64,000 nt of DNA. Source: an archaeon (GTDB taxonomy: Archaea > Nanobdellota > Nanobdellia > Woesearchaeales > UBA9642). The DNA is taken from assembly GCA_020057295.1 (NCBI GenBank), contig JAGVGF010000006.1, forward strand, positions 1 to 64,000. Direction: 5' to 3'. Below are positions 48,977 to 58,622 of this stretch, in pieces. The position numbers and the translations under genes were made by a program. The first letter of the stretch is position 1. Each line of letters begins with the position of its first letter. The notes under the pieces were generated by a model that did no database searches, was not told the origin of the DNA, and was given only the letters and a program-made list of their open reading frames with translations.

Positions 48977-50878
48977 GTGACTAGTGAAATAGTTAAAGAG
49001 ATATTAAAAAGTATACCGGAAGGTAAAATTAGTGATGTAAATTTTGAAGGCGCAAACATTGTTCTTTATACAAAGAAGAAAGAGTTCTTTTTAGATAACG
49101 GCGGTATAATCAAGGGGATTGTTGATGTTATTAAAAAACGTGTAGAATTAAGACCTGATCCAAGTATTTGTCTAGAAATAGAAAAAGCTGAAAAGGCTAT
49201 ACGTAAAGTAGTTCCTGAAGAAGCAAAACTTGGTAATGTAATATTTGATCCTCAAAGATCTATAGTAATTATTGAGTGTGAAAAGCCAGGAATGGCTATT
49301 GGTAAAGACGGTGAAATACTACAAGATATCAAAAAGAAAATTTTATGGGTTCCAGTTATTAGAAGAACTCCTGCAATAAAATCTCAACTTATTGAAAATA
49401 TTCGTGAAGTATTATATCAGAATAACGATTATCGTAGAAAATTCTTACACAAGACAGGAGAGAGAATATATAATGGATGGTTACGTCGACAGAAAAAAGA
49501 AGAATGGGTCAGATTAACATATTTAGGAAGCGGTAGAGAAGTAGGCAGATCATGTATATTACTACAAACTCCAGAATCAAGAATATTGCTTGATTGTGGA
49601 ATGAACATGGGTGCTGATACTCCAGAAACAATGTATCCATATATGGAAGCTCCAGAATTTAATATTTCACAACTTGATGCGGTAATTATTTCACACTCAC
49701 ATCTTGATCATTGCGCGTTAGTTCCTTACTTATTCAAGTTCGGATATAGGGGACCTGTATATTGTACAGCTCCAACACGAGATATAATGGCATTACTACA
49801 ATTAGACTTTGTTAAAATCCAACGTGAAGATGGTAAAGAACCAATATACAATAGTGATGATGTTAGAGAAATGGTTAAACATACAATAACATTAGAATAT
49901 GATGAAGTTGCAGATATAACTCCAGATATTAGAATTACAATGTATAATGCTGGACATATTCTTGGTAGTGCAATGGTTCATATACACATTGGTAACGGAT
50001 TACATAATTTATTATATAGCGCAGATACAAAATACGCTAAAACATCTATGCTAAGTCCTGCAGTAACTCAATTTCCTCGTCTAGAGACTTTAATGATTGA
50101 ATCAACTTATGGTGGTAAAGATAATATTATGCCACCAGCATTAGAAGCAGATGAGTTGCTTGGTCAAAGTATCGGAGAAACAATAAAACGTGGCGGTAAA
50201 GTTCTTATTCCAGTTCTTGGTTCAGGAAGAGCTCAAGAAGTTATAGTGTTAATGGAAAGATTAATCAGAGAGAAGAAAGTTCCTGATGTTCCAATATACA
50301 TTGATGGAATGATATGGGATGTTACAGCGATACATACAGCATATCCTGAATATTTGAATAATGATGTTAGACAACAAATATTTACTAAAGATAATAATCC
50401 ATTCTTAATGCCAAATCTTAAAAGAGTAGGCAGTCAAAAAGAGAGAATACAAATCATTGAAGAGACAGGTTCATGTGTAATACTTGCAACTTCAGGAATG
50501 CTTGTTGGAGGACCATCAGTTCAATACTTCAAAGCCTTAGCAGACAATCCTAAAAATAGTTTAGTATTCTCATCGTATCAAGCTGAAGGATCACTTGGTT
50601 CAAGAGTTCAACGTGGAGAAAGAGAATTCATGTTTAAGAGCGGTCAGCAGGCTGAAGTAGTTAAAGTAAATATGGAAATATTTAAGTTAGAAATTTCTGG
50701 ACACTCTGACAGAAAAGAATTAATGAATTTTGTTGGAAGATGCAATCCAAGACCTAAAAAAATAATAATTAATCACGGCGAGAATTCCAGATGTCTAAAC
50801 TTTGCAAGTTCTATACATAATCAGTACAAGATAGAGACTGTCGCACCAAGAAATCTAGACGCTATCAGAATAAGATAG
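48977..50878 (+). CDS. fttA: aCPSF1 / FttA beta-CASP ribonuclease with KH domains
   Basis: N-terminal KH (FEGA, KPG.AIG), EVGRSC, SHSHLDH, AGHILGS, ESTYG, SGHSD, NHGE. Confidence 0.96.
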   Translation: MTSEIVKEILKSIPEGKISDVNFEGANIVLYTKKKEFFLDNGGIIKGIVDVIKKRVELRPDPSICLEIEKAEKAIRKVVPEEAKLGNVIFDPQRSIVIIECEKPGMAIGKDGEILQDIKKKILWVPVIRRTPAIKSQLIENIREVLYQNNDYRRKFLHKTGERIYNGWLRRQKKEEWVRLTYLGSGREVGRSCILLQTPESRILLDCGMNMGADTPETMYPYMEAPEFNISQLDAVIISHSHLDHCALVPYLFKFGYRGPVYCTAPTRDIMALLQLDFVKIQREDGKEPIYNSDDVREMVKHTITLEYDEVADITPDIRITMYNAGHILGSAMVHIHIGNGLHNLLYSADTKYAKTSMLSPAVTQFPRLETLMIESTYGGKDNIMPPALEADELLGQSIGETIKRGGKVLIPVLGSGRAQEVIVLMERLIREKKVPDVPIYIDGMIWDVTAIHTAYPEYLNNDVRQQIFTKDNNPFLMPNLKRVGSQKERIQIIEETGSCVILATSGMLVGGPSVQYFKALADNPKNSLVFSSYQAEGSLGSRVQRGEREFMFKSGQQAEVVKVNMEIFKLEISGHSDRKELMNFVGRCNPRPKKIIINHGENSRCLNFASSIHNQYKIETVAPRNLDAIRIR

Positions 50879-50967
50879 ATGATTTTTGACATAATGATAA
50901 TGGAAACATAATTCTTCGTCCCATACTAATAGTAAGATTTATATAGTGGTTTTTATAGATTTAATGT

Positions 50968-51501
50968 ATGGCGATAAAATTAGGCGAACCATTTCCTATT
51001 CTTAATATTCCTCTGACTGTAAGATATAGAGGCGTCTTCGATTATGACGGACTTTATAAGATGATGCATGCGTGGCTAGTCAGTAAAAGATTCGTGTTTC
51101 ATGAAGAAAGTTATAAGGATAAGGCTTCCACTCCAGCAGGTAACGAGATTCAGGCTAAATGGAAGGGAGAGCGTAAAGTTACAGAATTTATCAAAGAATA
51201 CATAAGAATAGAATTTCATTTATGGGATTATGCTGAAGTTGAAATAATAAAAGACGGAAGAAAAATTAAGAGCGGAAAAGCGAGGTTAGAAATAAAGTTT
51301 TTTGCAGATTTAGAATTAGATTACAGTCAGAGGTTCGCTGGCGATGATTTTTCTAAAAGGTTAGGAAAATTCTACGTTGAGAAAATCATATACTGGGATT
51401 GGCGTATAAAATATGCTAATGCTTTAGAATATTTAGTTTATGATCTACACACTAAAGTGAAAAAGTATTTAAACATGGATACTGGTAGTAGTGCATATTA
51501 A
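50968..51501 (+). CDS. Hypothetical protein, paralogue of next gene
   Basis: YRGVFD..GLY.....W...K.F vs YEGVFN..ELY.....WF...GY. Confidence 0.8.
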   Translation: MAIKLGEPFPILNIPLTVRYRGVFDYDGLYKMMHAWLVSKRFVFHEESYKDKASTPAGNEIQAKWKGERKVTEFIKEYIRIEFHLWDYAEVEIIKDGRKIKSGKARLEIKFFADLELDYSQRFAGDDFSKRLGKFYVEKIIYWDWRIKYANALEYLVYDLHTKVKKYLNMDTGSSAY

Positions 51502-51510
51502 CGGTGAATT

Positions 51511-52011
51511 ATGGCTGAAATTAAGACATTAATCGATGGCAAATCTTTATCTTACGAAGGAGTATTTAATATTAAAGAATTGTATAAGATTATTGATACA
51601 TGGTTTAAGGACAGAGGATATGATAAACAGGAAATTAAAAACTGGGAAGATGTTAGTGAGAACGAGAAACAGATAGTTCTAGAGATAATACCTTATAAGA
51701 AAATTTCAGACTATGCAAGAATTGACATTAGAATATTTATGATATTTTCTAGACTTTCAGAGATTGAAGTAGAAAAAGATAATTTAAGATTTAAAATGAA
51801 CAAGGGTCGTGCAGAATTCTACTTCGACGCATATGTAGTCACAGATTATGAGAATAAGTGGCAAACTAGACCCATATTTTTCTTTATAAAAAACATTATT
51901 GAAAAATTTATCTACAGAATGTACACTGTAACATATGATTCTGAAGCCATAAGAGATACTACAGAAATAGAGAACGAAATAAGAAGTTTCCTGAACATGC
52001 AAAGATTCTAG
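51511..52011 (+). CDS. Hypothetical protein, paralogue of previous gene
   Basis: Shared pattern including K.(T/S)...I.I, G, DY, ..I..FLNM. Confidence 0.8.
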   Translation: MAEIKTLIDGKSLSYEGVFNIKELYKIIDTWFKDRGYDKQEIKNWEDVSENEKQIVLEIIPYKKISDYARIDIRIFMIFSRLSEIEVEKDNLRFKMNKGRAEFYFDAYVVTDYENKWQTRPIFFFIKNIIEKFIYRMYTVTYDSEAIRDTTEIENEIRSFLNMQRF

Positions 52012-52067
52012 ATTCTATCATTACCTTTAAAAACCGATTATTATTCTTTAATATTAATAGTATTACT

Positions 52068-52149
52068 GCCGTGGTGGCACAACCTGGTACTGCGCAAGCC
52101 TGGAAAGCTTGTTTCGAAAGATTTCCCGGTTCAAATCCGGGCCACGGCG
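52068..52149 (+). tRNA. tRNA-Ser(GGA)
   Basis: GCCGTGG/CCACGGC acceptor, CAAGC-CTGGAAA-GCTTG, variable arm, CCCGG-TTCAAAT-CCGGG, G73. Confidence 0.95.
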
Positions 52150-52225
52150 TATATATTTTCTATAAACACATTCAACTCAATACATTTTAGGAATATTTAA
52201 AAACGACATCTAATACAGCTTCTAT

Positions 52226-52924
52226 GTGATAGATACCATTAATCCTAAATGGGCAATTAATAAGAAGAAGATAGATATAATATTTATTATAGCCATAGTT
52301 TTATTATTATGGTTAACTGTAATTTCCGCGTTTATTAGTCCAGAATCTGTTAAAGACTGTATATTTGCAATCCTTGTTATGGGTATATTTTATACAGTAC
52401 AGAAAAGATATCACGTACCAATAATTATAATAATCATAGCAATATTACCATTTTTCTTTCACCTATGTGGTGTGATTTTCTTATTCTACGAGGAATTAAT
52501 ATTGGGTATTGGTTATGATAAAATAATACATTTTGTAAACGCATTTTCAGGAACCATTGTCGCTTTTTATCTTTTAATAGCACACTCTAAAAAAATGCCT
52601 TTATTAAAAGTTTTTGCTGCAATATTAATAGTTGTGGGAATAGGTGCAATAGTTGAGAATATAGAATTTATTGGATCAAAATATCTTGACATGAAAGGAC
52701 CAACAATCTTAAGTCAAGACAGTTTTTCAGCTAGTGTAAAAAATTCAATACTAAAAAGATTCACGTTATCAGAACAAGTACAAATAGATATGATAGAACA
52801 AGATACGCCCTGGGATATGTTATTTAACACTATAGGTACAATAGCAGGAGCATTAGTCATCTGGATGTTATGGCATGTTGATAAGGAATATCTTAAAGAA
52901 AGAACACATGTTCACGAAGAATAA
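52226..52924 (+). CDS. Polytopic membrane protein (DUF2238/VanZ-like)
   Basis: YDK..HF, E..EF, DT.WDM.FN..G motifs. Confidence 0.75.
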   Translation: MIDTINPKWAINKKKIDIIFIIAIVLLLWLTVISAFISPESVKDCIFAILVMGIFYTVQKRYHVPIIIIIIAILPFFFHLCGVIFLFYEELILGIGYDKIIHFVNAFSGTIVAFYLLIAHSKKMPLLKVFAAILIVVGIGAIVENIEFIGSKYLDMKGPTILSQDSFSASVKNSILKRFTLSEQVQIDMIEQDTPWDMLFNTIGTIAGALVIWMLWHVDKEYLKERTHVHEE

Positions 52925-53008
52925 CTTCTGACAAGCAATAATTAATTACTAAGTAAGGTATCGTTTTCTATACCGCACATATTTAAATTATTGTGCTTTA
53001 CTGTATAT

Positions 53009-53719
53009 ATGAAGAACGTATTATATTATAAATTTGTGAAATTGCAAGATTTAGAAAAATTACAATCAAATCATGAAAATGTTTGCAAGAAACTAAATCT
53101 ACTTGGAAAAGTAATTCTCGCACCAGAAGGTATAAATGGATGTTTATCTGGAGAAGAAAACAACATTGAAGCATATGTTAAATTTATTAAAAAAGAATTT
53201 TCTATAAAAGATATAGATATAAAAATAACAAATACGAAGGAACATAATTTTAGAAAGCTTTGGATAAAAATAAAGCCACAGATTATTGGAACTAAGAATT
53301 GGAATGCTAATATAGAGAATACTGCAGAGTATATTGAGCCTTCTGAATTAAAGAAATTACTTGACAACAAAGAAGAAGTATATATTATTGATGCACGAAA
53401 TAACTATGAATATGATTCAGGACATTTTTCAAATGCACTTTATCCTAATATTAAAACATTTAGTGTATTTCATGATCTAATTAAGGATTTAGAGCACTTA
53501 AAAGACAAACAAATTGTGACGTATTGCACTGGAGGAATTCGTTGTGAGAAGGCATCAGCATTCCTAAAAGAGAATGGATTTACTAATGTTAAACAACTTC
53601 ATGGCGGAGTAATCAATTACGCTAAAAAGAATGGTTCATCACATTGGGAAGGCAAATGTCTAGTATTTGACAATAGGAATGAATTAGATATGGATGATAT
53701 AAAGAATTTTTCGGATTAG
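53009..53719 (+). CDS. trhO: TrhO/UPF0176 rhodanese-domain tRNA U34 hydroxylase
   Basis: LYYKF, A.EGING, D.RN.YE...GHF, YCTGGIRCEKAS, L.GG...Y, W.GKC.VFD.R. Confidence 0.88.
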   Translation: MKNVLYYKFVKLQDLEKLQSNHENVCKKLNLLGKVILAPEGINGCLSGEENNIEAYVKFIKKEFSIKDIDIKITNTKEHNFRKLWIKIKPQIIGTKNWNANIENTAEYIEPSELKKLLDNKEEVYIIDARNNYEYDSGHFSNALYPNIKTFSVFHDLIKDLEHLKDKQIVTYCTGGIRCEKASAFLKENGFTNVKQLHGGVINYAKKNGSSHWEGKCLVFDNRNELDMDDIKNFSD

Positions 53720-53875
53720 AGTAAACAATCAACTATTTTAACTTCTGTTCAAATCTGTTACGTTACGCGTAACATTTATAAATCATCTAAAATTCCCTAT
53801 ACTATACCCGTTAGGCATACAGTCAATGATTCTATTGACCGCTGTCTGTTCACTACAATCATGTAGGAGGGCCAC

Positions 53876-54532
53876 ATGAATAAAAAAGAATGCTTAGAAG
53901 TAATACAAAAGTTAAGGAAAGATAATCCTAAGAAGAAATTTGTACAGATGGTAGACTTAATCATAAATCTACAAGATTTAGACTTTAAGAAGCCAGAACA
54001 TCAGATTGATTTCTACATAACATTACCACATAATACTGGTAAGCAAAAGAAAATTGCAGCATTAGTAGATGTAGATTTATTTGATGAAGCAAAGGCTAGT
54101 TGTGATATGGTCATTCCATTGTATCAATTTGAAGAGTATGCAAAAGATAAGAAAAAAATCAAGAAGCTTGCAAAGCAGAATGATTATTTTATTGCACAAT
54201 CAACATTAATGGCTAAGATTGCAGCAACATTCGGTAGAGTTTTAGGTCCAAAGAATAAAATGCCTAATCCAAAAGCAGGATGTGTTGTATTACCAAGAAC
54301 TAATCTTAAACCATTATATGATAAATTACAAAAGACAATAAGAATATTAGCAAGAAATAAACCAATAGTACAACTAACTATAGGCAAAGAAGACATGACT
54401 GATGAACAGCTAGCAGACAACTTGTTAATAATATACGATCAATTAATACATCATTTACCTAAAGAAAAAAATAATCTGAAAAACATTTTCATCAAGACCA
54501 CAATGGGTCCTGCAATGAAGGTGGAGGTATAA
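53876..54532 (+). CDS. rpl1: 50S ribosomal protein L1
   Basis: F.Q.VDL.INL, GRVLGP..KMP.P, IKTTMGP. Confidence 0.96.
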   Translation: MNKKECLEVIQKLRKDNPKKKFVQMVDLIINLQDLDFKKPEHQIDFYITLPHNTGKQKKIAALVDVDLFDEAKASCDMVIPLYQFEEYAKDKKKIKKLAKQNDYFIAQSTLMAKIAATFGRVLGPKNKMPNPKAGCVVLPRTNLKPLYDKLQKTIRILARNKPIVQLTIGKEDMTDEQLADNLLIIYDQLIHHLPKEKNNLKNIFIKTTMGPAMKVEV

Positions 54533-54533
54533 G

Positions 54534-55415
54534 ATGACACTTAGCGACTCCACGGTAAAAGGTAAAGGCAGAGCGCATGTATCTGATGCTAAATTAAAGG
54601 CTGTTCAAGATATTAAAGATGTCATTGAACATTATCCTGTTATTGCAATCATAAATTTAGAAAATCTTCCAGCAAGACAATTGCAGAAGATGAAAACTAA
54701 ATTAAGAAAAGATTTAGAGATAAAGGTTGCAAAGAAAAGCGTAATTGAACATGCACTACAGCTTTCTACTAAAAAAAATATAGGAAAATTATCAGAATAT
54801 CTTGTTGGTAGTCCAGCATTATTATTAAGTAAAGAAAATCCGTTTAAAGTTTACAAATTATTAAAACAGAGTAAAAGTGCAGCAGCAATAAAAGCTGGAC
54901 AAATTACTCCTAAAGATTTAGTACTACCGGCTGGTCCAACACCATTCGCTCCAGGTCCAATAATCGGAGAGCTTGGAATGTTAAAAATCAAAGCAGGAAT
55001 CGAAGCTGGTAAAGTAGTTATTAAGGAAGATGCACATGTCGCAAGTAAAGGCGATGTTGTTAACGACAAATTATCATCATTATTACAAAGACTAGGAATA
55101 GAACCAATGGAGATAGGTTTGAATCTTGTCGCAGCATACGAGAATGGCGAGATATTAGTAGGAGATGTCTTGGATATTGATGAAAAAGTATTCATGGAAA
55201 AATTACAGACAGCAGCTAGAGATGCATTAAATTTAGCAGTTGAAGTAGCATATCCATCAAATGATACAATTACATTACTGATACAGAAATCATACAGAGA
55301 AAGTAAAGCAATAGCATTAGAAAGAGATATATTAGCAGACGCAGTAGTAGAGCAAATATTATCTAAAGCTGATGCACAAGCAAATGCTGTATCGGAAATA
55401 GTCAATAAAGAATAA
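54534..55415 (+). CDS. rpl10: 50S ribosomal protein L10 (P0)
   Basis: AGPTPF.PGPI, L.RLGIEPM.IGL. Confidence 0.96.
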   Translation: MTLSDSTVKGKGRAHVSDAKLKAVQDIKDVIEHYPVIAIINLENLPARQLQKMKTKLRKDLEIKVAKKSVIEHALQLSTKKNIGKLSEYLVGSPALLLSKENPFKVYKLLKQSKSAAAIKAGQITPKDLVLPAGPTPFAPGPIIGELGMLKIKAGIEAGKVVIKEDAHVASKGDVVNDKLSSLLQRLGIEPMEIGLNLVAAYENGEILVGDVLDIDEKVFMEKLQTAARDALNLAVEVAYPSNDTITLLIQKSYRESKAIALERDILADAVVEQILSKADAQANAVSEIVNKE

Positions 55416-55478
55416 GTTGACAATAATATTTAAAAAAATACAGAATATAACAAGATTATATTTTTGGAGGTACATAAA

Positions 55479-55781
55479 ATGGAGTACGTATATGCCGCAA
55501 TGCTTTTACACAAAGCAGGACACAAAGTAGATGAACAACACGTTAAAAAAGTATTAGAAGCAGCAGGCGCAAAGGTCGATGATGGCCGAGTAAAGGCACT
55601 AGTTGCAGCATTAGAAGGTGTTAATATTGACGAAGCAATAAAGAATGCAGCAGTCATGGCAGCACCTGTAGCAGCAGTAGCAGCAGAACATAAGCCAGCA
55701 GCAGCAAAGAAAGACGATAAAAAAGAAGAAAAACAAGCTGAAGAGCAGTCAGCAGCAGGCTTAAGCGCATTATTCGGATAA
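55479..55781 (+). CDS. rpl12: 50S ribosomal protein L12 (P1)
   Basis: [11 protein letters not shown]...GLSALFG. Confidence 0.97.
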   Translation: MEYVYAAMLLHKAGHKVDEQHVKKVLEAAGAKVDDGRVKALVAALEGVNIDEAIKNAAVMAAPVAAVAAEHKPAAAKKDDKKEEKQAEEQSAAGLSALFG

Positions 55782-55858
55782 AACCGAAAATATTTTTTAT
55801 TTTAATACTATTTTTAACAAATATTTTTTATTAAATTGTTTAAGGTGAATTACCTAAA

Positions 55859-56746
55859 ATGTTGGATGAATCAGAAATTTCAAAGTTATTAGCAGAGTAC
55901 AATAGTGTTAAGACAGAAGTTAGAGATTTAAGAAATAAGATTAATTTTCTTGACAGAAAAAAAGAAGAACTATTTAGAGAAAAGAGAAAAATTTCTTCAG
56001 ATATTCATTCTAGAATAAGAGTTGCTAAAGATTCTAAAGATAAACGTAACAATTTAACTGAAGCTGTAAAAAACACAAAACATTCTAAGGAAGAGATTGA
56101 AGCAAAAATTATCGTATTAGACGAGGAAGTAAAGAAATTACGTGAAGAGAAATCTAAGGTTTTACAGAAGAGCGGTGTTGAAGATCCTATGATGTTAAAG
56201 AAAAACATCAAAAAATTAGAATTCAAAATTGAAACTGAAGGTTTAACATTTGAGAAAGAAAAAGAGATGATGAAAGTTCTTTCTAAGATGAAGAAGCAGT
56301 ATGAAAATACAAAATCTATAAGTGATATCGAGAATAAATTAGGTTCTAAATTCCGTGAATTAAGAGATTTAAGAACAATGATAGATATGACTAAGAAGAT
56401 TGTTCAAGTATCGGCTAAAGAATCACAAAAACATCACGTTGAATTAATCGAATCATCCAAAGAGATTGATGAACTAAAGAAAAAAGAAGATGATTTTGAA
56501 GGCAATGCAAACAAGTTTAAAGCAGAAATATCAGAGCTGAATCAAGAATTAGATAAAAAGTTTGAATTAATGAACTCATTAAAACAGAAATTAACAGATA
56601 ACAATGTTAGATTAAAAGAAGATCAAGAAAAATCTAATCACGAGATATTGAAGCAAAAGGATGAACAAGTCCAAGAAAAAATTAAGACAGGAAAGAAATT
56701 AACAACAGAAGATTTATTAATTCTACAGCGAACAATGAAAAATTAA
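55859..56746 (+). CDS. Archaeal coiled-coil protein (COG1340-like)
   Basis: Heptads, LE...ET......KE, SQ..H, GKKLTTEDLL. Confidence 0.8.
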   Translation: MLDESEISKLLAEYNSVKTEVRDLRNKINFLDRKKEELFREKRKISSDIHSRIRVAKDSKDKRNNLTEAVKNTKHSKEEIEAKIIVLDEEVKKLREEKSKVLQKSGVEDPMMLKKNIKKLEFKIETEGLTFEKEKEMMKVLSKMKKQYENTKSISDIENKLGSKFRELRDLRTMIDMTKKIVQVSAKESQKHHVELIESSKEIDELKKKEDDFEGNANKFKAEISELNQELDKKFELMNSLKQKLTDNNVRLKEDQEKSNHEILKQKDEQVQEKIKTGKKLTTEDLLILQRTMKN

Positions 56747-56823
56747 GTTATATTATACATTCTCAAAATATATTATAATCTTATTTTATCAAACTTTTTA
56801 AATTCTAATTATTAATCAATAAC

Positions 56824-57231
56824 ATGACATGCCCATTCTGCGATGTTAAAACACACGTTAAGAAAATAGTTAAGGATTTTAAATATTGTAGAGTAATATT
56901 TTGTAACCCAAGATTAATGCCTGGACATCTTTTAGTTATACCAAAAAGACATGTAGAAAAATTATCTGAATTAGATCAGAAAGAGCTTAAGGAATTAATC
57001 ACTGTTCTAATAAACTATCAGGAAAAATTATTGAAAATAAGTCCTGGATGTGACATAAAGCAACATTACAGTCCATATCTAAAAGAAGGTAGATTGAAAG
57101 TTAGACATCTACATCTTCAACTCCAACCAAGAAGAAAAAATGACGCATATTACAAACATGCAAAACTTGCATCGTTATACAAAAATATTACAAATAAAGA
57201 AATAAAAGATGTGATGAAAAAATTAAAATAA
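56824..57231 (+). CDS. HIT family nucleotide hydrolase/transferase
   Basis: CPFC, PGHLLVIPKRH, HLHLQL.PR. Confidence 0.9.
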   Translation: MTCPFCDVKTHVKKIVKDFKYCRVIFCNPRLMPGHLLVIPKRHVEKLSELDQKELKELITVLINYQEKLLKISPGCDIKQHYSPYLKEGRLKVRHLHLQLQPRRKNDAYYKHAKLASLYKNITNKEIKDVMKKLK

Positions 57232-57296
57232 GAGTAAATCGAGATAAGTAGTTATCTTTATCAAAATTTATAAATTCTATTAGCATTATTAGAAGC

Positions 57297-58055
57297 ATGA
57301 CACTATACTTTATAGGTATCGGACTATGTGATGAGAACGATATAACTGTTAGAGGTCTAGAAACTGTCAGAAAATGCGATGTAGTTTATTTAGAGAAATA
57401 TACTTCTGTGCTTCAATGTCCTATTGAAGATTTGGAAAAATTATATCATAAAAAAATTATTCTTGCAGATCGTGAACTTGTTGAAAGAAGAGCCTATGAA
57501 ATTTATGAAGGCGCTAAAGATAAAAATGTTGCTTTCTTAGTTGTCGGAGATATTTTTGGCGCTACAACACATACAGATTTGATGTTAAGAGCTAAAGAGA
57601 ATGGTGTTGAATGTGAATTTATTCACAATGCATCAATAATTAATGCTGTAGGTATTGTGGGATTAGAATTGTATAAGTATGGAAAAACAACAAGCATTCC
57701 ATTCGCAACAGAGAGTTTTAAGCCAGAGACACCCTATGAAGTCATTAAGATGAATCGAAAAGATGGATTACATGCTTTAGTTTTGCTTGATTTAAGACCT
57801 GATGAAAGTAAATTTTTAACAATCAATGAAGCTATAAGATACTTATTACACATTGAAAATAATCGTAAAGAAAATGTATTCACTGAAGATACCGTATGTG
57901 TTGGATGTGCACGTATAGGATGTAAAGATTTTAAGATCAAAATTGGTAAGGCTAAAGATTTACAGCATGAAGATTTCGGCAGACCATTACATTGTCTAAT
58001 TATACCCGGAACATTACACTTCATCGAAGAAGAAGCACTAAAACAGTGGGAATAG
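57297..58055 (+). CDS. dph5: Diphthine synthase
   Basis: LYFIGIGL, YLE.YTS, GD...ATTH.DL, GL.LYK.G.T, GLH.L.LLD. Confidence 0.95.
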   Translation: MTLYFIGIGLCDENDITVRGLETVRKCDVVYLEKYTSVLQCPIEDLEKLYHKKIILADRELVERRAYEIYEGAKDKNVAFLVVGDIFGATTHTDLMLRAKENGVECEFIHNASIINAVGIVGLELYKYGKTTSIPFATESFKPETPYEVIKMNRKDGLHALVLLDLRPDESKFLTINEAIRYLLHIENNRKENVFTEDTVCVGCARIGCKDFKIKIGKAKDLQHEDFGRPLHCLIIPGTLHFIEEEALKQWE

Positions 58056-58089
58056 TAACCTATTTAAATACGGATTATTATAATCTATC

Positions 58090-58578
58090 ATGTTTAAAAG
58101 AGGTTCGAGAATGCGTCTTAAACGCAGATTCTATAAGAGAGGTATTTCTCCATTAATAGCTACTGTTCTATTGATAGCTTTCGCTGTATCTATTGGTACA
58201 ATGATTATGAATTGGGGAAAAGATGCTGTGGCTGTCGGTGATTGTACAGAAGCTAAACTTGAAACTCAAGTGATTAATTCTAAACCATTATTTTGCTATG
58301 ATACATTAAACAACAAGGTTAATGTAATGGTCAAGAACGTTGGGAGTGTAGATGTTACTAGATTGAAGATGCGTGTAATAACTCCTGATTTTAATACTGA
58401 AGATAGAGAAATAGTTGATAGTAGTATCAAAGCAGGAGATATTAAAACTAAAAATATTGATTATACTAAAGCTGGAAAATTCCGTGTAGAAATAATACCT
58501 GTAATCACTGTTGGCGGAAAAGAAAAAATTTGTTCTGAAAAATACATATTTGTAGATGATATAGATCGATGTAACTAA
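58090..58578 (+). CDS. Archaeal pilin/archaellin-like protein
   Basis: KRG|ISPLIATVLLIAFAV class III signal. Confidence 0.88.
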   Translation: MFKRGSRMRLKRRFYKRGISPLIATVLLIAFAVSIGTMIMNWGKDAVAVGDCTEAKLETQVINSKPLFCYDTLNNKVNVMVKNVGSVDVTRLKMRVITPDFNTEDREIVDSSIKAGDIKTKNIDYTKAGKFRVEIIPVITVGGKEKICSEKYIFVDDIDRCN

Positions 58579-58622
58579 TTCTAAATAACTTTATAAAAAC
58601 ATCTAACATAACAATTAGTGAT

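Noticed and set aside
48298-50878. psmB-aCPSF1 adjacency as a new system
   Set aside because: Well-known conserved archaeal gene neighbourhood.
52068-52149. tRNA-Ser (or tRNA-Thr) as an integration site
   Set aside because: No duplicated tRNA 3' end or integrase noticed in the window.
54851-55657. 190-aa and 75-aa minus-strand ORFs
   Set aside because: Antisense shadows of rpl10 and rpl12.
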